Source of the DNA: a virus
Taxonomy: Duplodnaviria; Caudoviricetes
Strand: one strand, 5' to 3'
Virus record (IMG/VR): IMGVR_UViG_3300031519_000166
Span: 1-28,222 of that record
Length of the DNA stretch: 28,222 nucleotides
In this document: positions 8,064 to 17,020 of the stretch, piece after piece
Position numbering within the stretch: the stretch's first letter is position 1
Layout of the letters: each line of letters opens with the position of its first letter
Position numbers and translations under genes: made by a program
The notes under the pieces: model-generated
Seen by the model: the letters and a program-made list of their open reading frames with translations, nothing else
Told to the model about the DNA's origin: nothing
Databases searched by the model: none

Positions 8064-10389
8064 ATTTTTCGCTGAACTTACCCATTGAGTAGTCCTCTCC
8101 AATTTCAAAGTCACAGCCTACAGGCGCCCCAGAGATATAAATACCTCGGTCTTTCTGTATCTGTTCCTGTAGTATCTTACAGTACTCGTCAATTTCGTCG
8201 AGAGGTACTTCAGCTAGCACAGAGTCGTGTACAAGAGCAAACATTTTACTCTTCATATTTTTCTGTTCTATAATAGCATGAGCTTCCATAGCCCCGATTA
8301 AGTTTATATCAGAAGCCGCAGACTGAACTAGGAAGTTAATTCCTGATCTTACTCCATGACTTTGCGCTTGAGTATTGTGATGATGCTTTTCCCAACCGCC
8401 TCTGCCGACGCTCTTGTAACTTTGCGACCCACGATCGAGCACTGGAATTTTCGCTTCAGGCAACCTTCTCTTTCTTCCAAAGTGAGAGTATATATATCCA
8501 TGAGTATTTATATCATCTTTCATATTGTCCAACCACTCTCTCAGTTTCCAGAATGCACCAAAGTACTCTTTAATAATTTCTGACGCTTCTGTAGGGCTTA
8601 ACTTTCCACCGTCTTTAGTGACCTGCTCACTAATTTTCTTTGGTCCAGCACCATACATGATACCAAAGGTTACAGCCTTAGCAGCTTGGCGATATGTTTT
8701 ATACTGTTCTGCAACGTCTTCGATTTCACAATCTAACTTAAACACCTTGTGAGCGATCGTAGAGTGAAAATTACCTCCAGAACGGAATACGTCCTGAAGT
8801 TCAAGGTCGTCTGCTAGAACTGCGGCAACATATACTTCGGCAGTTGTTAAATCCATTGCAACAATCTTATGCCCCGCGCTCGCTTTAATACATCCTTTCA
8901 CAATAGGATTATCACGAGGAAGCTGTTGCATATTCAGTTTACCACTAGAAGACAGTCTTCCAGAGGTAGTTCCGTGTAAATTAAAGTTAGTTCTCAAGTG
9001 ACTATCTCGATCAAGTTGAGGAATAATCTTATCAAGATAAGTATTCTTAATCTTAGTTTTCTTACGAACGTCTAGGATTAGTTTAGGAATTTCATGCTGA
9101 AGAGACAACTTATCTAATACTTCCGCATTAGTAGAGTTTTCTCCTTTAGCAGTCTTAATTCCAACTGGCTCTAGCTTTAAATAGTCGAATAGTAACTTTC
9201 TTAATTGAAGAACACTGTTAGGATTAAACGTCTTCTCTTCTTCTTTTTGAAACTTTATTACAGCTTCGTGAGCCTGTAAAGTTTCTACTGCTGCATAGAT
9301 TTCTTTCTCCATAAGAGTTTGTCCAGCAACTAGTCTATCTACATCAAAGGGGACACCGTTATCTTGCATAGAGATAAGAAATCTACATGCAGGCAACAAT
9401 ATATCTTTGTATACGCGCATTAACTTGGGGTTACCTTTCTGTAATGCTCGTTCGAATTTCTCAAAAATTGTAAAGGTAGCACAGGCATCAATGGCAGCAT
9501 AAGTCTGCATAACCTCAAAAGGAATCCACTCCCATTTGAAATCATCTTTTAATACACCGTGTTGTTTACGATAATCATCCATCCAAGTATACATAGGTTT
9601 CTCGTAGTCACCGTAATCTGTATACCTCATAGCTAGCATCTTCAGGCCGTGAGTGCCTGGGTTTTCATCAAGCATATAGTGCAAGAGCATTGTATCTTCA
9701 AACCGTGAGATTTTCACATTGAAGTGATACTCAAACATTGGAATATCGAACTTAGCATTATGGAATACCATACGCTTCTTGTCAAACAACTCCTGAAGTT
9801 TCTCTTCTACGGAGTCATCAATAGTATCGGCATTAATATAAGCACCTGCATCAAGTTTATAACACAAGCTAATACCAAGAATATGCCCATTCCGAGGATA
9901 CAGACCAGTAGTCTCTGAGTCGATTCCGATATAGTCGAGGGGCGAGTCAATACATCTCTGAATGTACTCCAAAGTTCCCTCAGTCGTTGTAATACCGACA
10001 AATTTTTCGTCATTTATTTCTACCTTCTTCTTGTCCCCCGATATGTATCCTTGTATGTTGGCTCTAGCAGTATCATACGCCTTCTTAGCTTCTGGTTTAA
10101 AGGAGAGCATTGCGGGATTAATAATAGGTAAAAATTTATCGTCTACAATAGTTCCTGCATACTGCATAACTTGAGTTACTTTCGTGAAGTATTTTAAGGC
10201 TTCTGAACCCACAACAATAACCCACTCATAAGCGTCAACATCAATTTGAATATCTACATCTTTTTTAAGAACTTTCGTTAGTGTAGGATCTGAAGCGAGT
10301 GAATAAACGTCTATCTCAAACGCTTTATCAAAGTTCTGCTCCCAATCCATCTTACCAGGTTTAGATTGTACTAGGGCTACCTTAGCCAT
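8041..10389 (-). CDS. polA: Family A DNA polymerase with 3'-5' exonuclease
   Basis: Exo DSETTG, HNAKFD, YAAID; pol TTSGRLSS, DLTTAEV (motif A), RQAAKAVTFGIMYG (motif B, Phe at the E. coli 762 position), LVHDS (motif C). Confidence 0.97.
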   Translation of the reverse strand: MAKVALVQSKPGKMDWEQNFDKAFEIDVYSLASDPTLTKVLKKDVDIQIDVDAYEWVIVVGSEALKYFTKVTQVMQYAGTIVDDKFLPIINPAMLSFKPEAKKAYDTARANIQGYISGDKKKVEINDEKFVGITTTEGTLEYIQRCIDSPLDYIGIDSETTGLYPRNGHILGISLCYKLDAGAYINADTIDDSVEEKLQELFDKKRMVFHNAKFDIPMFEYHFNVKISRFEDTMLLHYMLDENPGTHGLKMLAMRYTDYGDYEKPMYTWMDDYRKQHGVLKDDFKWEWIPFEVMQTYAAIDACATFTIFEKFERALQKGNPKLMRVYKDILLPACRFLISMQDNGVPFDVDRLVAGQTLMEKEIYAAVETLQAHEAVIKFQKEEEKTFNPNSVLQLRKLLFDYLKLEPVGIKTAKGENSTNAEVLDKLSLQHEIPKLILDVRKKTKIKNTYLDKIIPQLDRDSHLRTNFNLHGTTSGRLSSSGKLNMQQLPRDNPIVKGCIKASAGHKIVAMDLTTAEVYVAAVLADDLELQDVFRSGGNFHSTIAHKVFKLDCEIEDVAEQYKTYRQAAKAVTFGIMYGAGPKKISEQVTKDGGKLSPTEASEIIKEYFGAFWKLREWLDNMKDDINTHGYIYSHFGRKRRLPEAKIPVLDRGSQSYKSVGRGGWEKHHHNTQAQSHGVRSGINFLVQSAASDINLIGAMEAHAIIEQKNMKSKMFALVHDSVLAEVPLDEIDEYCKILQEQIQKDRGIYISGAPVGCDFEIGEDYSMGKFSEKYGSIFNV

Positions 10390-11212
10390 ATAAATTCTTC
10401 CTTAAAGTTTCAATATATTTACTGTCTAGAGACCCCGGGTCTCTATCATTTGGTAACTTTACTATTTTTGTAGGGAAATTACCGGCTATTTTTCTTACTT
10501 GCTCGGCTCCTTCTTTTCCCGCATGGTCTCCATCAAACATTATATCAAGACCTTGTACTCCAGAAATCTTCAGAAAGTTAAGTTTTGTTTCTGAAAAGTT
10601 CTTCACTCCAAAACAACATATAGCATTCTCTAGTCCGTTGTCATGAAGGTTTAACATATCAAATATGCCTTCTACTAGAATGACTCGCCCCTGAAGTGGG
10701 CGAACATTAGGGAACAAAGGCAGCTTAGCCCCGCTGGGGTGGAACATATATTTGTTGGGTAGAGTGTCTGTATCATCTCTACCTTGAAACGCAACAACCC
10801 TTCCAGAAGTGTCCGTAATAGGAAAGTTAATCCTACCACTAAAAGGCGAAACGTGATGGCGAAAAGCGCCAAACTTCTTATACGTTTCTGGTTTTATGCC
10901 CCTGTAATTACCTATGTATGGCATAGCCTGTTCTGGAAGCTGTAGGCCCACCCCAGCGGACCGCAAATTCGCAATAATTCTATTAATCTGTTCTCTTTTA
11001 ACGGCTGTGGTACTATAATCTACGTCGTAATGAGCAAATAGATTACCTTTATACCCACAGGAAAAACAATGGAACACACCTAGAACTTTATCAATTCTCA
11101 TACTTGGGCTTCTATCTTCATGCTCAGGATTTAAGCACGCCACTAGTACATCCCTGCCAGACAGCTTATAAAATATACCTCTGTCTTCTAATAATTCTAT
11201 AACTTGACTCAT
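10382..11212 (-). CDS. DNA primase (CHC2 zinc finger + TOPRIM)
   Basis: CLNPEHEDRSPS...CFSCG, VEGIFD, FDGDHAG, DPG. Confidence 0.95.
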   Translation of the reverse strand: MSQVIELLEDRGIFYKLSGRDVLVACLNPEHEDRSPSMRIDKVLGVFHCFSCGYKGNLFAHYDVDYSTTAVKREQINRIIANLRSAGVGLQLPEQAMPYIGNYRGIKPETYKKFGAFRHHVSPFSGRINFPITDTSGRVVAFQGRDDTDTLPNKYMFHPSGAKLPLFPNVRPLQGRVILVEGIFDMLNLHDNGLENAICCFGVKNFSETKLNFLKISGVQGLDIMFDGDHAGKEGAEQVRKIAGNFPTKIVKLPNDRDPGSLDSKYIETLRKNLYG

Positions 11213-12567
11213 GCAAAACCGCCTTCAATATCGTCATAAGACTCTTCCCCAGAATCAGCGGAAGGTATTGAGGCACTTTCAGGACCAAATCTTAAAGAGT
11301 CCCAGTCAACCAAAGAGGTAAAGTTTTTCTCTTCAGCGTTTCTCATTTTTGTACACTCGAAGGTAACAGCATTTTCTTTGACACCTTCTTTATTATAGTA
11401 AGTTTCTAATACAAAAGCGGCATCCGCAGCATCTAAGATACCTTTTGCGAATCTAGCTTCTCCTGTAGCATCAATTTGATACGGAGAAACCATCAAAACA
11501 TCGTAGTCTTGCGCAAAAGTCTTCAACGCTTTGGATACCTCTATTTGTTCTGTCCAATCATACTGTCCCATTCTATTAGGGACGGAAGATCGCTTCACTT
11601 GATTAATATAATCTACTAAGATCACTCTAGGTTTAAGCCTAGCCATTTTCTTATCAAGCTCAGTACGGATTTGACCAAGATTAAGAGAAGGTGCATATAC
11701 TATATCTATTTGCTTTTCCCGTAAAGGCTTAGCAATTAGTTCAGCATGATACTTATCAAAGTCTCTGTGGAACAGGTACTTTGTGTATGCCTTCTCGCCA
11801 TCTTCGTATCGTCCAGACCACCACAGCGCAAGGGTCTCCCACTCATTTACTGAGAGGTTACGAGTCCTTAGAGCTTTCTGTGGTATACCTGTAGCAATAG
11901 AACAGCATCTCTGCATAGTAGCTCGCGCGGTCATTTCTATAGTGAAATATATCACGGAGTTACCAGCTTCATATACTGTAGAAGCAATGTTAGCACAAGT
12001 AACAGATTTACCTGTACCTTTCTTGCCTCCTATTAATACAAGCTCGGTAGGCCCAAAAGTTTGTATGCGGTCGTAGTCTAAGTTTAAGCCCAGAGGAACA
12101 TTTCGTATCAACGATTCTTCTGGCTCAAACAAGGACATTCTTCGCATATCCTCATTTACGTCTTTCAACTCAACTTTCTGTTCTACTTCCATTACAATGT
12201 TCTGTAAGCCCTCGATATTCTCGGAAGCTGACTCCATTGCGATAGAGTTAGTAAGATAGGTCTCTAGTTGATTCATAATTTCTATTTGAGTGAACTCATT
12301 TTTGAGGTACTCAAGTAAAGTCTTACCTTCAATATCCACTTCCTCAACTTTTTCTAGCGCAAAGAATCTTTCTCTAAGGTTAGAGTCTCTGATAGCTAGA
12401 TTAGCTGCGGGGAAAGAAGGTAGGGCACTGTGTGTGCTTACATAGGAGTCTAGATAGTCCCACACAGGTGAGAACTCTACGGGGAAATAGTGTTTTTGAG
12501 ATGCAGCCCACGTATCCATGTCGCCGTTAGCGATTATAGATTTGAGCAGTACACTTGCAAGATTCAC
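11209..12567 (-). CDS. Replicative DnaB-like helicase
   Basis: GGKKGTGKS, FTIEM, LVDYINQ, KMRN. Confidence 0.93.
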   Translation of the reverse strand: MNLASVLLKSIIANGDMDTWAASQKHYFPVEFSPVWDYLDSYVSTHSALPSFPAANLAIRDSNLRERFFALEKVEEVDIEGKTLLEYLKNEFTQIEIMNQLETYLTNSIAMESASENIEGLQNIVMEVEQKVELKDVNEDMRRMSLFEPEESLIRNVPLGLNLDYDRIQTFGPTELVLIGGKKGTGKSVTCANIASTVYEAGNSVIYFTIEMTARATMQRCCSIATGIPQKALRTRNLSVNEWETLALWWSGRYEDGEKAYTKYLFHRDFDKYHAELIAKPLREKQIDIVYAPSLNLGQIRTELDKKMARLKPRVILVDYINQVKRSSVPNRMGQYDWTEQIEVSKALKTFAQDYDVLMVSPYQIDATGEARFAKGILDAADAAFVLETYYNKEGVKENAVTFECTKMRNAEEKNFTSLVDWDSLRFGPESASIPSADSGEESYDDIEGGFA

Positions 12568-12599
12568 TATTACTATCTCCGTAAGAACTGTTAGGCATT

Positions 12600-12634
12600 A
12601 AAAAGCTAGGACGCGACCGAAGACCCGCCCTAGC
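12600..12634 (-). terminator. Intrinsic terminator after D5
   Basis: Imperfect GCTAGG...TTCG...CCTAGC hairpin followed by TTTTT on the minus strand. Confidence 0.75.
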
Positions 12635-12651
12635 AAGGGTACAACGGTAGA

Positions 12652-13374
12652 CTAGCCAGCAGTTTTGGCTGCTTTGGCTGCTCCATCATAGTTTGATGCA
12701 GTTAAACCGCGTCGTGTCAACATAGTTTTAACACCTCGGGCAGTTTTACCAATCGCTTCAGCGATTTCTTCAACAGTCAGACCGTTAACGTCAACGCCTT
12801 CGAGAGGATCAACGCGCGATGCAGCTTTGCTTTCTTTCTGTGCAGGAATCGCACTGATTTCACCAGAACGTAACAAAGAAAGAGCTTTGCCTCGGATTTG
12901 ATTAACAGTTCGGCCAAGAGCCTCTGCAATATCTTCCAAGAAAGCGCCGTTACTTGCGTGGTCAACAAAGATAGTTTCTTCTGCTTCAGTAAAGGTACGA
13001 GCAGCTTCTACTTTAGGAGTAGGTTTGACGTGCTCGGTCAGTTGCATTGATAACAACTTGCCTTGGATCTGCTTTGAAGAAAAGTTTCCGCCTTCAAAAG
13101 CGTCTGCGATCTCACCGTAAGTGTGAGCGCCTGCATTGTCAGATACAAACTGACGCAACGTAGACTCTTGTGCGTCTGTAAAGGCACGAGTGGTTACAGT
13201 TGCTGAAGATTCAACGGCAACGTCCATCTTGCGAAGTTTAGACGCGATAGAGCGAGGTGAGGTTTCTAGCTGGTTAGCAGCTTCTACGACTGTAGCGTAG
13301 GATACTGGAGACTCATCGCCTACAAACTCTACAAGAGATGCGGTGCGTTCGTCGTTCCACTTTGGAATAGCCAT
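12652..13374 (-). CDS. D5: DNA-binding protein with repeated HTH units (T5 D5-like)
   Basis: RSIASKLRK, QIQGKLLS, QIRGKALSLLR and RGVKTMLTRRGL..YDGAAK resemble T5 D5; synteny. Confidence 0.9.
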   Translation of the reverse strand: MAIPKWNDERTASLVEFVGDESPVSYATVVEAANQLETSPRSIASKLRKMDVAVESSATVTTRAFTDAQESTLRQFVSDNAGAHTYGEIADAFEGGNFSSKQIQGKLLSMQLTEHVKPTPKVEAARTFTEAEETIFVDHASNGAFLEDIAEALGRTVNQIRGKALSLLRSGEISAIPAQKESKAASRVDPLEGVDVNGLTVEEIAEAIGKTARGVKTMLTRRGLTASNYDGAAKAAKTAG

Positions 13375-13377
13375 ATT

Positions 13378-14130
13378 TTAATTTCCTAATAATTGGTTAA
13401 GGTTTGTTATGATAGAGACTCCACTGTCTCTAGCTTTTTTAGTTTTTGAAGATTCTACTTGACTCTCATTAACGAGGATAGTTACCTCCTTTGTAAAGGA
13501 ACTTTTTACTATATAGCCTCGACTAATAAGAGCTTTTTCTGCTTCTGCTTTCGTTTTGAAAGATGTTAGTTTCCCACTAATACATATCACACCTTTCGGC
13601 TCAATAACAGAAACTACTTCGTCGGACTCAAATGCAAAAGGTAGCCACTTGTAGTCGCGGAGAAACGTGGTATTGTACCAGTCCAGCAAGTTATTGCTGG
13701 CCTTAGGGCCAAGCCCCGCTTTAGTGCACGCCTCCTCATTAAAGTCATAGATACTACTTACTACTGAACATAATTTGGAAGAAGCCGATTTGCCTATCAG
13801 TGGGATAGAAAAAGCGGGTAGAATTTCAGAAAGACTAGCTTTCTTAGACTCTTGTATCTCGTCAAATAGTTTAGTAGCAAGTTTCTCGGAGTTAAGAGAC
13901 TCTACCATATCGCCCAAACTCAGCTCATATATTTGTGGTATTGAAGTAATTCTGAGTTTCTGGATAGATGATGGGCCTAGTCCCTTGATTTTCAAAGTAG
14001 TAGAGAAGTGCTCTATCAGCTTATGAGTTTTAGACTCACAAGAAGTATTATAGCAGAACAACTGGTCGTTTTCCCACACCAAAGGCGTGGAACAACTGGG
14101 ACAGTGTGTTGGGGCTACAATTTCTTTCAA
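13378..14130 (-). CDS. ligB: NAD-dependent DNA ligase, C-terminal subunit (Zn finger, HhH, BRCT)
   Basis: CPSC...CYNTSC, IKGLG, IPLIG, ICISGKL..F (BRCT), SSKTKKA; TTG start behind AGGAG. Confidence 0.92.
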   Translation of the reverse strand: MKEIVAPTHCPSCSTPLVWENDQLFCYNTSCESKTHKLIEHFSTTLKIKGLGPSSIQKLRITSIPQIYELSLGDMVESLNSEKLATKLFDEIQESKKASLSEILPAFSIPLIGKSASSKLCSVVSSIYDFNEEACTKAGLGPKASNNLLDWYNTTFLRDYKWLPFAFESDEVVSVIEPKGVICISGKLTSFKTKAEAEKALISRGYIVKSSFTKEVTILVNESQVESSKTKKARDSGVSIITNLNQLLGN

Positions 14131-14157
14131 CAGAGTTTCTCCTACATTTGAATAGAT

Positions 14158-14197
14158 ATTATACGGGGTTTAAGTTGAAAAGTCAAGAACTATTTTT
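14158..14197 (-). promoter_or_regulatory. sigma70-type promoter for ligB-D5
   Basis: AAAAATAGTTC-TTGACT(14186-14181)-17 nt-TATAAT(14163-14158). Confidence 0.88.
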
Positions 14198-14552
14198 GTG
14201 CTGGTATAGCTAAAATAATCTCTTTCTGTATTTCGAAACACTCTGTGTATCCACCGAACTTTTGTTGAGGTATATATTTATACTTCTTATACTCTTCATG
14301 TAAGGCTTGTTCTAGTGTCCATACGTTAAAAAGGGAATCGTGGTATGTTCTTTGAATACGAATTTCATACCCATTAAACCCACGACTTCTTTTTAATACA
14401 TCTTTCCAATTCCTTCCTGAAGCGATGCCTATCTTGAGACATTCTCGTTTCATAGTACGTTTATTAACTAATACTACACAGTAGAGTACCCCTTCGCGGG
14501 TAGCTTCTTCAGGATGATTTTCAAAATAAGTAAGGTTATAAACCCCGCTCAT
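14190..14552 (-). CDS. GIY-YIG-related T5orf172/MUG113-like domain protein
   Basis: GVLYCV...LKIGIA...R...EQALH...GGYTECF pattern. Confidence 0.7.
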   Translation of the reverse strand: MSGVYNLTYFENHPEEATREGVLYCVVLVNKRTMKRECLKIGIASGRNWKDVLKRSRGFNGYEIRIQRTYHDSLFNVWTLEQALHEEYKKYKYIPQQKFGGYTECFEIQKEIILAIPAQK

Positions 14553-14851
14553 CTAATAATTTTAGGAAAAGGAATAATATTGTCCGTAGACTTATCCTCT
14601 ACAGAGTCCTCACAAGCAGAGATATACAAAATGCCGTCATCAGGCACTATATTATCGATATCAAAATCCTCGGATAAATATGCTTCTAAAGCAGTGATCC
14701 ATCCTGTAATGATTTTAGTTCGTGTTTCTTCCTTCACAGCCCAGAAGTAATCATACAGACCTGCTGCAGCTACATAATGTGACCCATTATCCTTTAGACC
14801 AATCCACCCAAAAATGTTCTCGTCTTGGACATCTCCTGTTTCATCAAACAC
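14549..14851 (-). CDS. Acidic hypothetical protein
   Basis: 100-aa ORF overlapping both neighbours, GGAG before the GTG start. Confidence 0.7.
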   Translation of the reverse strand: MFDETGDVQDENIFGWIGLKDNGSHYVAAAGLYDYFWAVKEETRTKIITGWITALEAYLSEDFDIDNIVPDDGILYISACEDSVEDKSTDNIIPFPKIIR

Positions 14852-15794
14852 GTACTTCTCCTTCTACTCGTCTCACGACTCTGGGAATAATTTCTCCGGA
14901 TCGAATTACTTCGACGTTACAACCTATCTCAAGGTTAAGCTCGTTTATGTACCTCATGTTATGCAGAGTAGCTCGGGCTACCTGTGCTTCTCCAACCATT
15001 ACTGGTTCTAGAATCGCTACAGGAGATACTACTCCTGATTTGCCTACTTGCCAGATTACATCTAGCAGTTTTGTTACTACTCCGGCGGGCCTTTCTTTTA
15101 AAGCGAAGGCACCACGAGGATGGTGAGCGGTGTAACCCAACTCTTCATATTTCGCATTGTTGTCAACACGGAACACTAGACCATCCTGCGGGTATCCTGC
15201 CCAGTTAGACGCAAGAACAGTGTCGAAATTGTCCGAAGAGAGATTCGACATGTCTTCCGTCCACAACTTTTCCACACGAGGCTGAATATCATAAGCTACG
15301 AATCGGACTTCTCGGGTGAGAAACTCTTCTTCGGACTTGAGATTCAACGCACCAGAAGCATAGTTTCTAGCGTTGGGAATAGTCTCGGGGGCAACAACTT
15401 CTCCTGTAATCTGAACAACACCCTTGCGAGTAATGCTAGTAGGAACAAGATGTTTAACTTTATTCATAATATTTCTGCCCTTCTTACCATTACCCCGAGT
15501 AAGAGCCAGCACTAATTCACCATCGTAGTAGCCCAGCGAAACCGCTGCTCCATCTAACTTGGGTGTGATTACTGTTGCTCCAGTAGCGTGGTCGTAAGGA
15601 GGATGTTCTTCACCTACAAAAGCTTTCTGTAAGCTGTACATAGGGTACATGTGATCGAATTCAAAAAATTCGTCACTATAACCTACTAAAGCGTAGTCAG
15701 CGTCTGCGGCAAGAACATCAAACTCAGCGTCAGAAATTATGGGGTTGCCCTCATAATAAGCTTTGGCTGCTTTGGCTAGAAACATATTAGTCAT
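14844..15794 (-). CDS. ligA: NAD-dependent DNA ligase, N-terminal subunit (adenylation + OB)
   Basis: YYEGNPIISDAEFD, MYSL, KLDG, TRGNG, GEV, NARNYASG, DGLV, ATLHN, RSGEIIPRV. Confidence 0.95.
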   Translation of the reverse strand: MTNMFLAKAAKAYYEGNPIISDAEFDVLAADADYALVGYSDEFFEFDHMYPMYSLQKAFVGEEHPPYDHATGATVITPKLDGAAVSLGYYDGELVLALTRGNGKKGRNIMNKVKHLVPTSITRKGVVQITGEVVAPETIPNARNYASGALNLKSEEEFLTREVRFVAYDIQPRVEKLWTEDMSNLSSDNFDTVLASNWAGYPQDGLVFRVDNNAKYEELGYTAHHPRGAFALKERPAGVVTKLLDVIWQVGKSGVVSPVAILEPVMVGEAQVARATLHNMRYINELNLEIGCNVEVIRSGEIIPRVVRRVEGEVRV

Positions 15795-15817
15795 AAATAC
15801 CTTGATTTAAAAAGAAT

Positions 15818-15846
15818 ATTATGAGGGCTTTTCGATAAAATGTCAA
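15818..15846 (-). promoter_or_regulatory. sigma70-type promoter for ligA
   Basis: TTGACA(15846-15841)-17 nt-CATAAT(15823-15818). Confidence 0.75.
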
Positions 15847-15849
15847 GAG

Positions 15850-16131
15850 TTATTTAGTGTAAACGTCTCTAATAATTTCACCGAAAAACTCCTCTAGTAC
15901 TTGTTTATTCTCTGCCATAGATAAAATCTCTGACAAGCCAATAAACAATTCTTTTGAGTTTTCAAAATCTAAAGGAATAGAAATGCCTTTATTAGAGGGC
16001 TTCCAGTCTTCTTCAAAATCGAGATAGTACTCTCTCAAATGAAGGTATTCCTCTTCTCTAAACTCATTTACCGTCAGTCGAACCTGTCTATAAGGTTCCG
16101 ATACGATTATTTTTGAATAAACATCCATCAC
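15850..16131 (-). CDS. PC4/p15-like ssDNA-binding protein
   Basis: VRLTVNEFREEEYLHLREYYLD...WKPSNKGISI is the PC4-fold signature; T5 synteny. Confidence 0.88.
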   Translation of the reverse strand: MMDVYSKIIVSEPYRQVRLTVNEFREEEYLHLREYYLDFEEDWKPSNKGISIPLDFENSKELFIGLSEILSMAENKQVLEEFFGEIIRDVYTK

Positions 16132-16391
16132 TCATTCCTTAAAATATTTGCTAAGGGTACAACTGAGGTGACGTTATCCGCTTTCATTAGGCGAAAGGAA
16201 TCCGTGTCCCAACAAAACATTAGGACAGTTTCTTCATCTTCTTTAGCCCGATTCTTTTTATCCTGAATATAGGGAGTGCTGAAATCTATTGTACAAACAT
16301 TATATTTTGTTTTCCTAGAATTAGGACTTTTGTAAGTAATTACAGCATCCCCTGCACTATTAATTTTCAGTTTTAAGTCTTCTTTTTTCAC
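16128..16391 (-). CDS. Conserved T5-like hypothetical protein
   Basis: YNVCTIDFSTPYI...FCWDTDSFR..VTSVVPL; GGAG before GTG start. Confidence 0.8.
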   Translation of the reverse strand: MKKEDLKLKINSAGDAVITYKSPNSRKTKYNVCTIDFSTPYIQDKKNRAKEDEETVLMFCWDTDSFRLMKADNVTSVVPLANILRNE

Positions 16392-16398
16392 TAATTAG

Positions 16399-16507
16399 CT
16401 CCAAATTCACGTTGAGCAAAACCTCTTTTGTCGTAGTGAACTGGTCTAATATAATGGTTGCCCCACGAAGAGGACTGAGCGACAAAGCGCAATCAAGCTC
16501 CGTGGGG
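16399..16507 (-). promoter_or_regulatory. Candidate structured cis-regulatory RNA (two hairpins with cross-complementarity)
   Basis: 10-bp stem CCCCACGGAG/CUUCGUGGGG, second stem UUCAC/GUGAA abutting the RBS, cross pairs UUUGUCG/CGACAAA and CCUCU/AGAGG. Confidence 0.55.
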
Positions 16508-16512
16508 ACTTT

Positions 16513-16875
16513 TTATGCCGCTACTTTAGCGAGCGCATCGGCAAAATACTGAGCAGCTTTACCAGTCAACTTAGAGACAATATCACTGTCAATGTCTACA
16601 CCGGCATCTGTGAGAGCTGCGGTTAAGGATTCCTGTGCGGCAGCCTTACTAATTCGAGTTCCACCAGTAGGGGCAGCTTTAGCACCACCACTAGCAGCAG
16701 CAGGAGTTTTCTTAACATATACTCCAGCTTTTGTTAGAATCATTCGTACACCATTAGGGCTTTCACCCATTTCTTCGGCAATACTTTTTACAATCTCCAT
16801 ACTGTTTTCTGGAGTTGGTTCTTCGTTCGTGTAGGCTTCGATAGCCTGTGCTTTAGATTCGTCTGTCCAAGGCAT
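16513..16875 (-). CDS. D3: DNA-binding protein (T5 D3-like)
   Basis: SMEIVKSIAEE..SPNGVRMILTKAGVYVKK...SKA...KLTGKAA; ATG 16875 behind AGGAG (in-frame GTG at 16959 is an alternative start). Confidence 0.88.
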   Translation of the reverse strand: MPWTDESKAQAIEAYTNEEPTPENSMEIVKSIAEEMGESPNGVRMILTKAGVYVKKTPAAASGGAKAAPTGGTRISKAAAQESLTAALTDAGVDIDSDIVSKLTGKAAQYFADALAKVAA

Positions 16876-16991
16876 TTTTCTGCTCCTATTAGGTTTAAAT
16901 GGTAGACCGGCAGCATTGCCAGTCGCGTCAAGTTGTCTCTGGTAAAAATTGTAGCCCACTTTTTTGGTCTCTTCTCAATCTTTGAAAACAT

Positions 16992-17020
16992 ATTATACTA
17001 GCTTTTGTCATCTGAGTCAA
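16992..17020 (-). promoter_or_regulatory. sigma70-type promoter for D3
   Basis: TTGACT(17020-17015)-17 nt-TATAAT(16997-16992). Confidence 0.85.

Noticed and set aside
8041-12567. Inteins or introns in PolA, primase or helicase
   Set aside because: Proteins are of normal length with continuous motifs; the 20-aa PolA insert is far too short for an intein.
16461-16507. Simple terminator or hammerhead ribozyme
   Set aside because: No U-tract on the transcribed strand and no CUGANGA/GAAA core in the correct arrangement.
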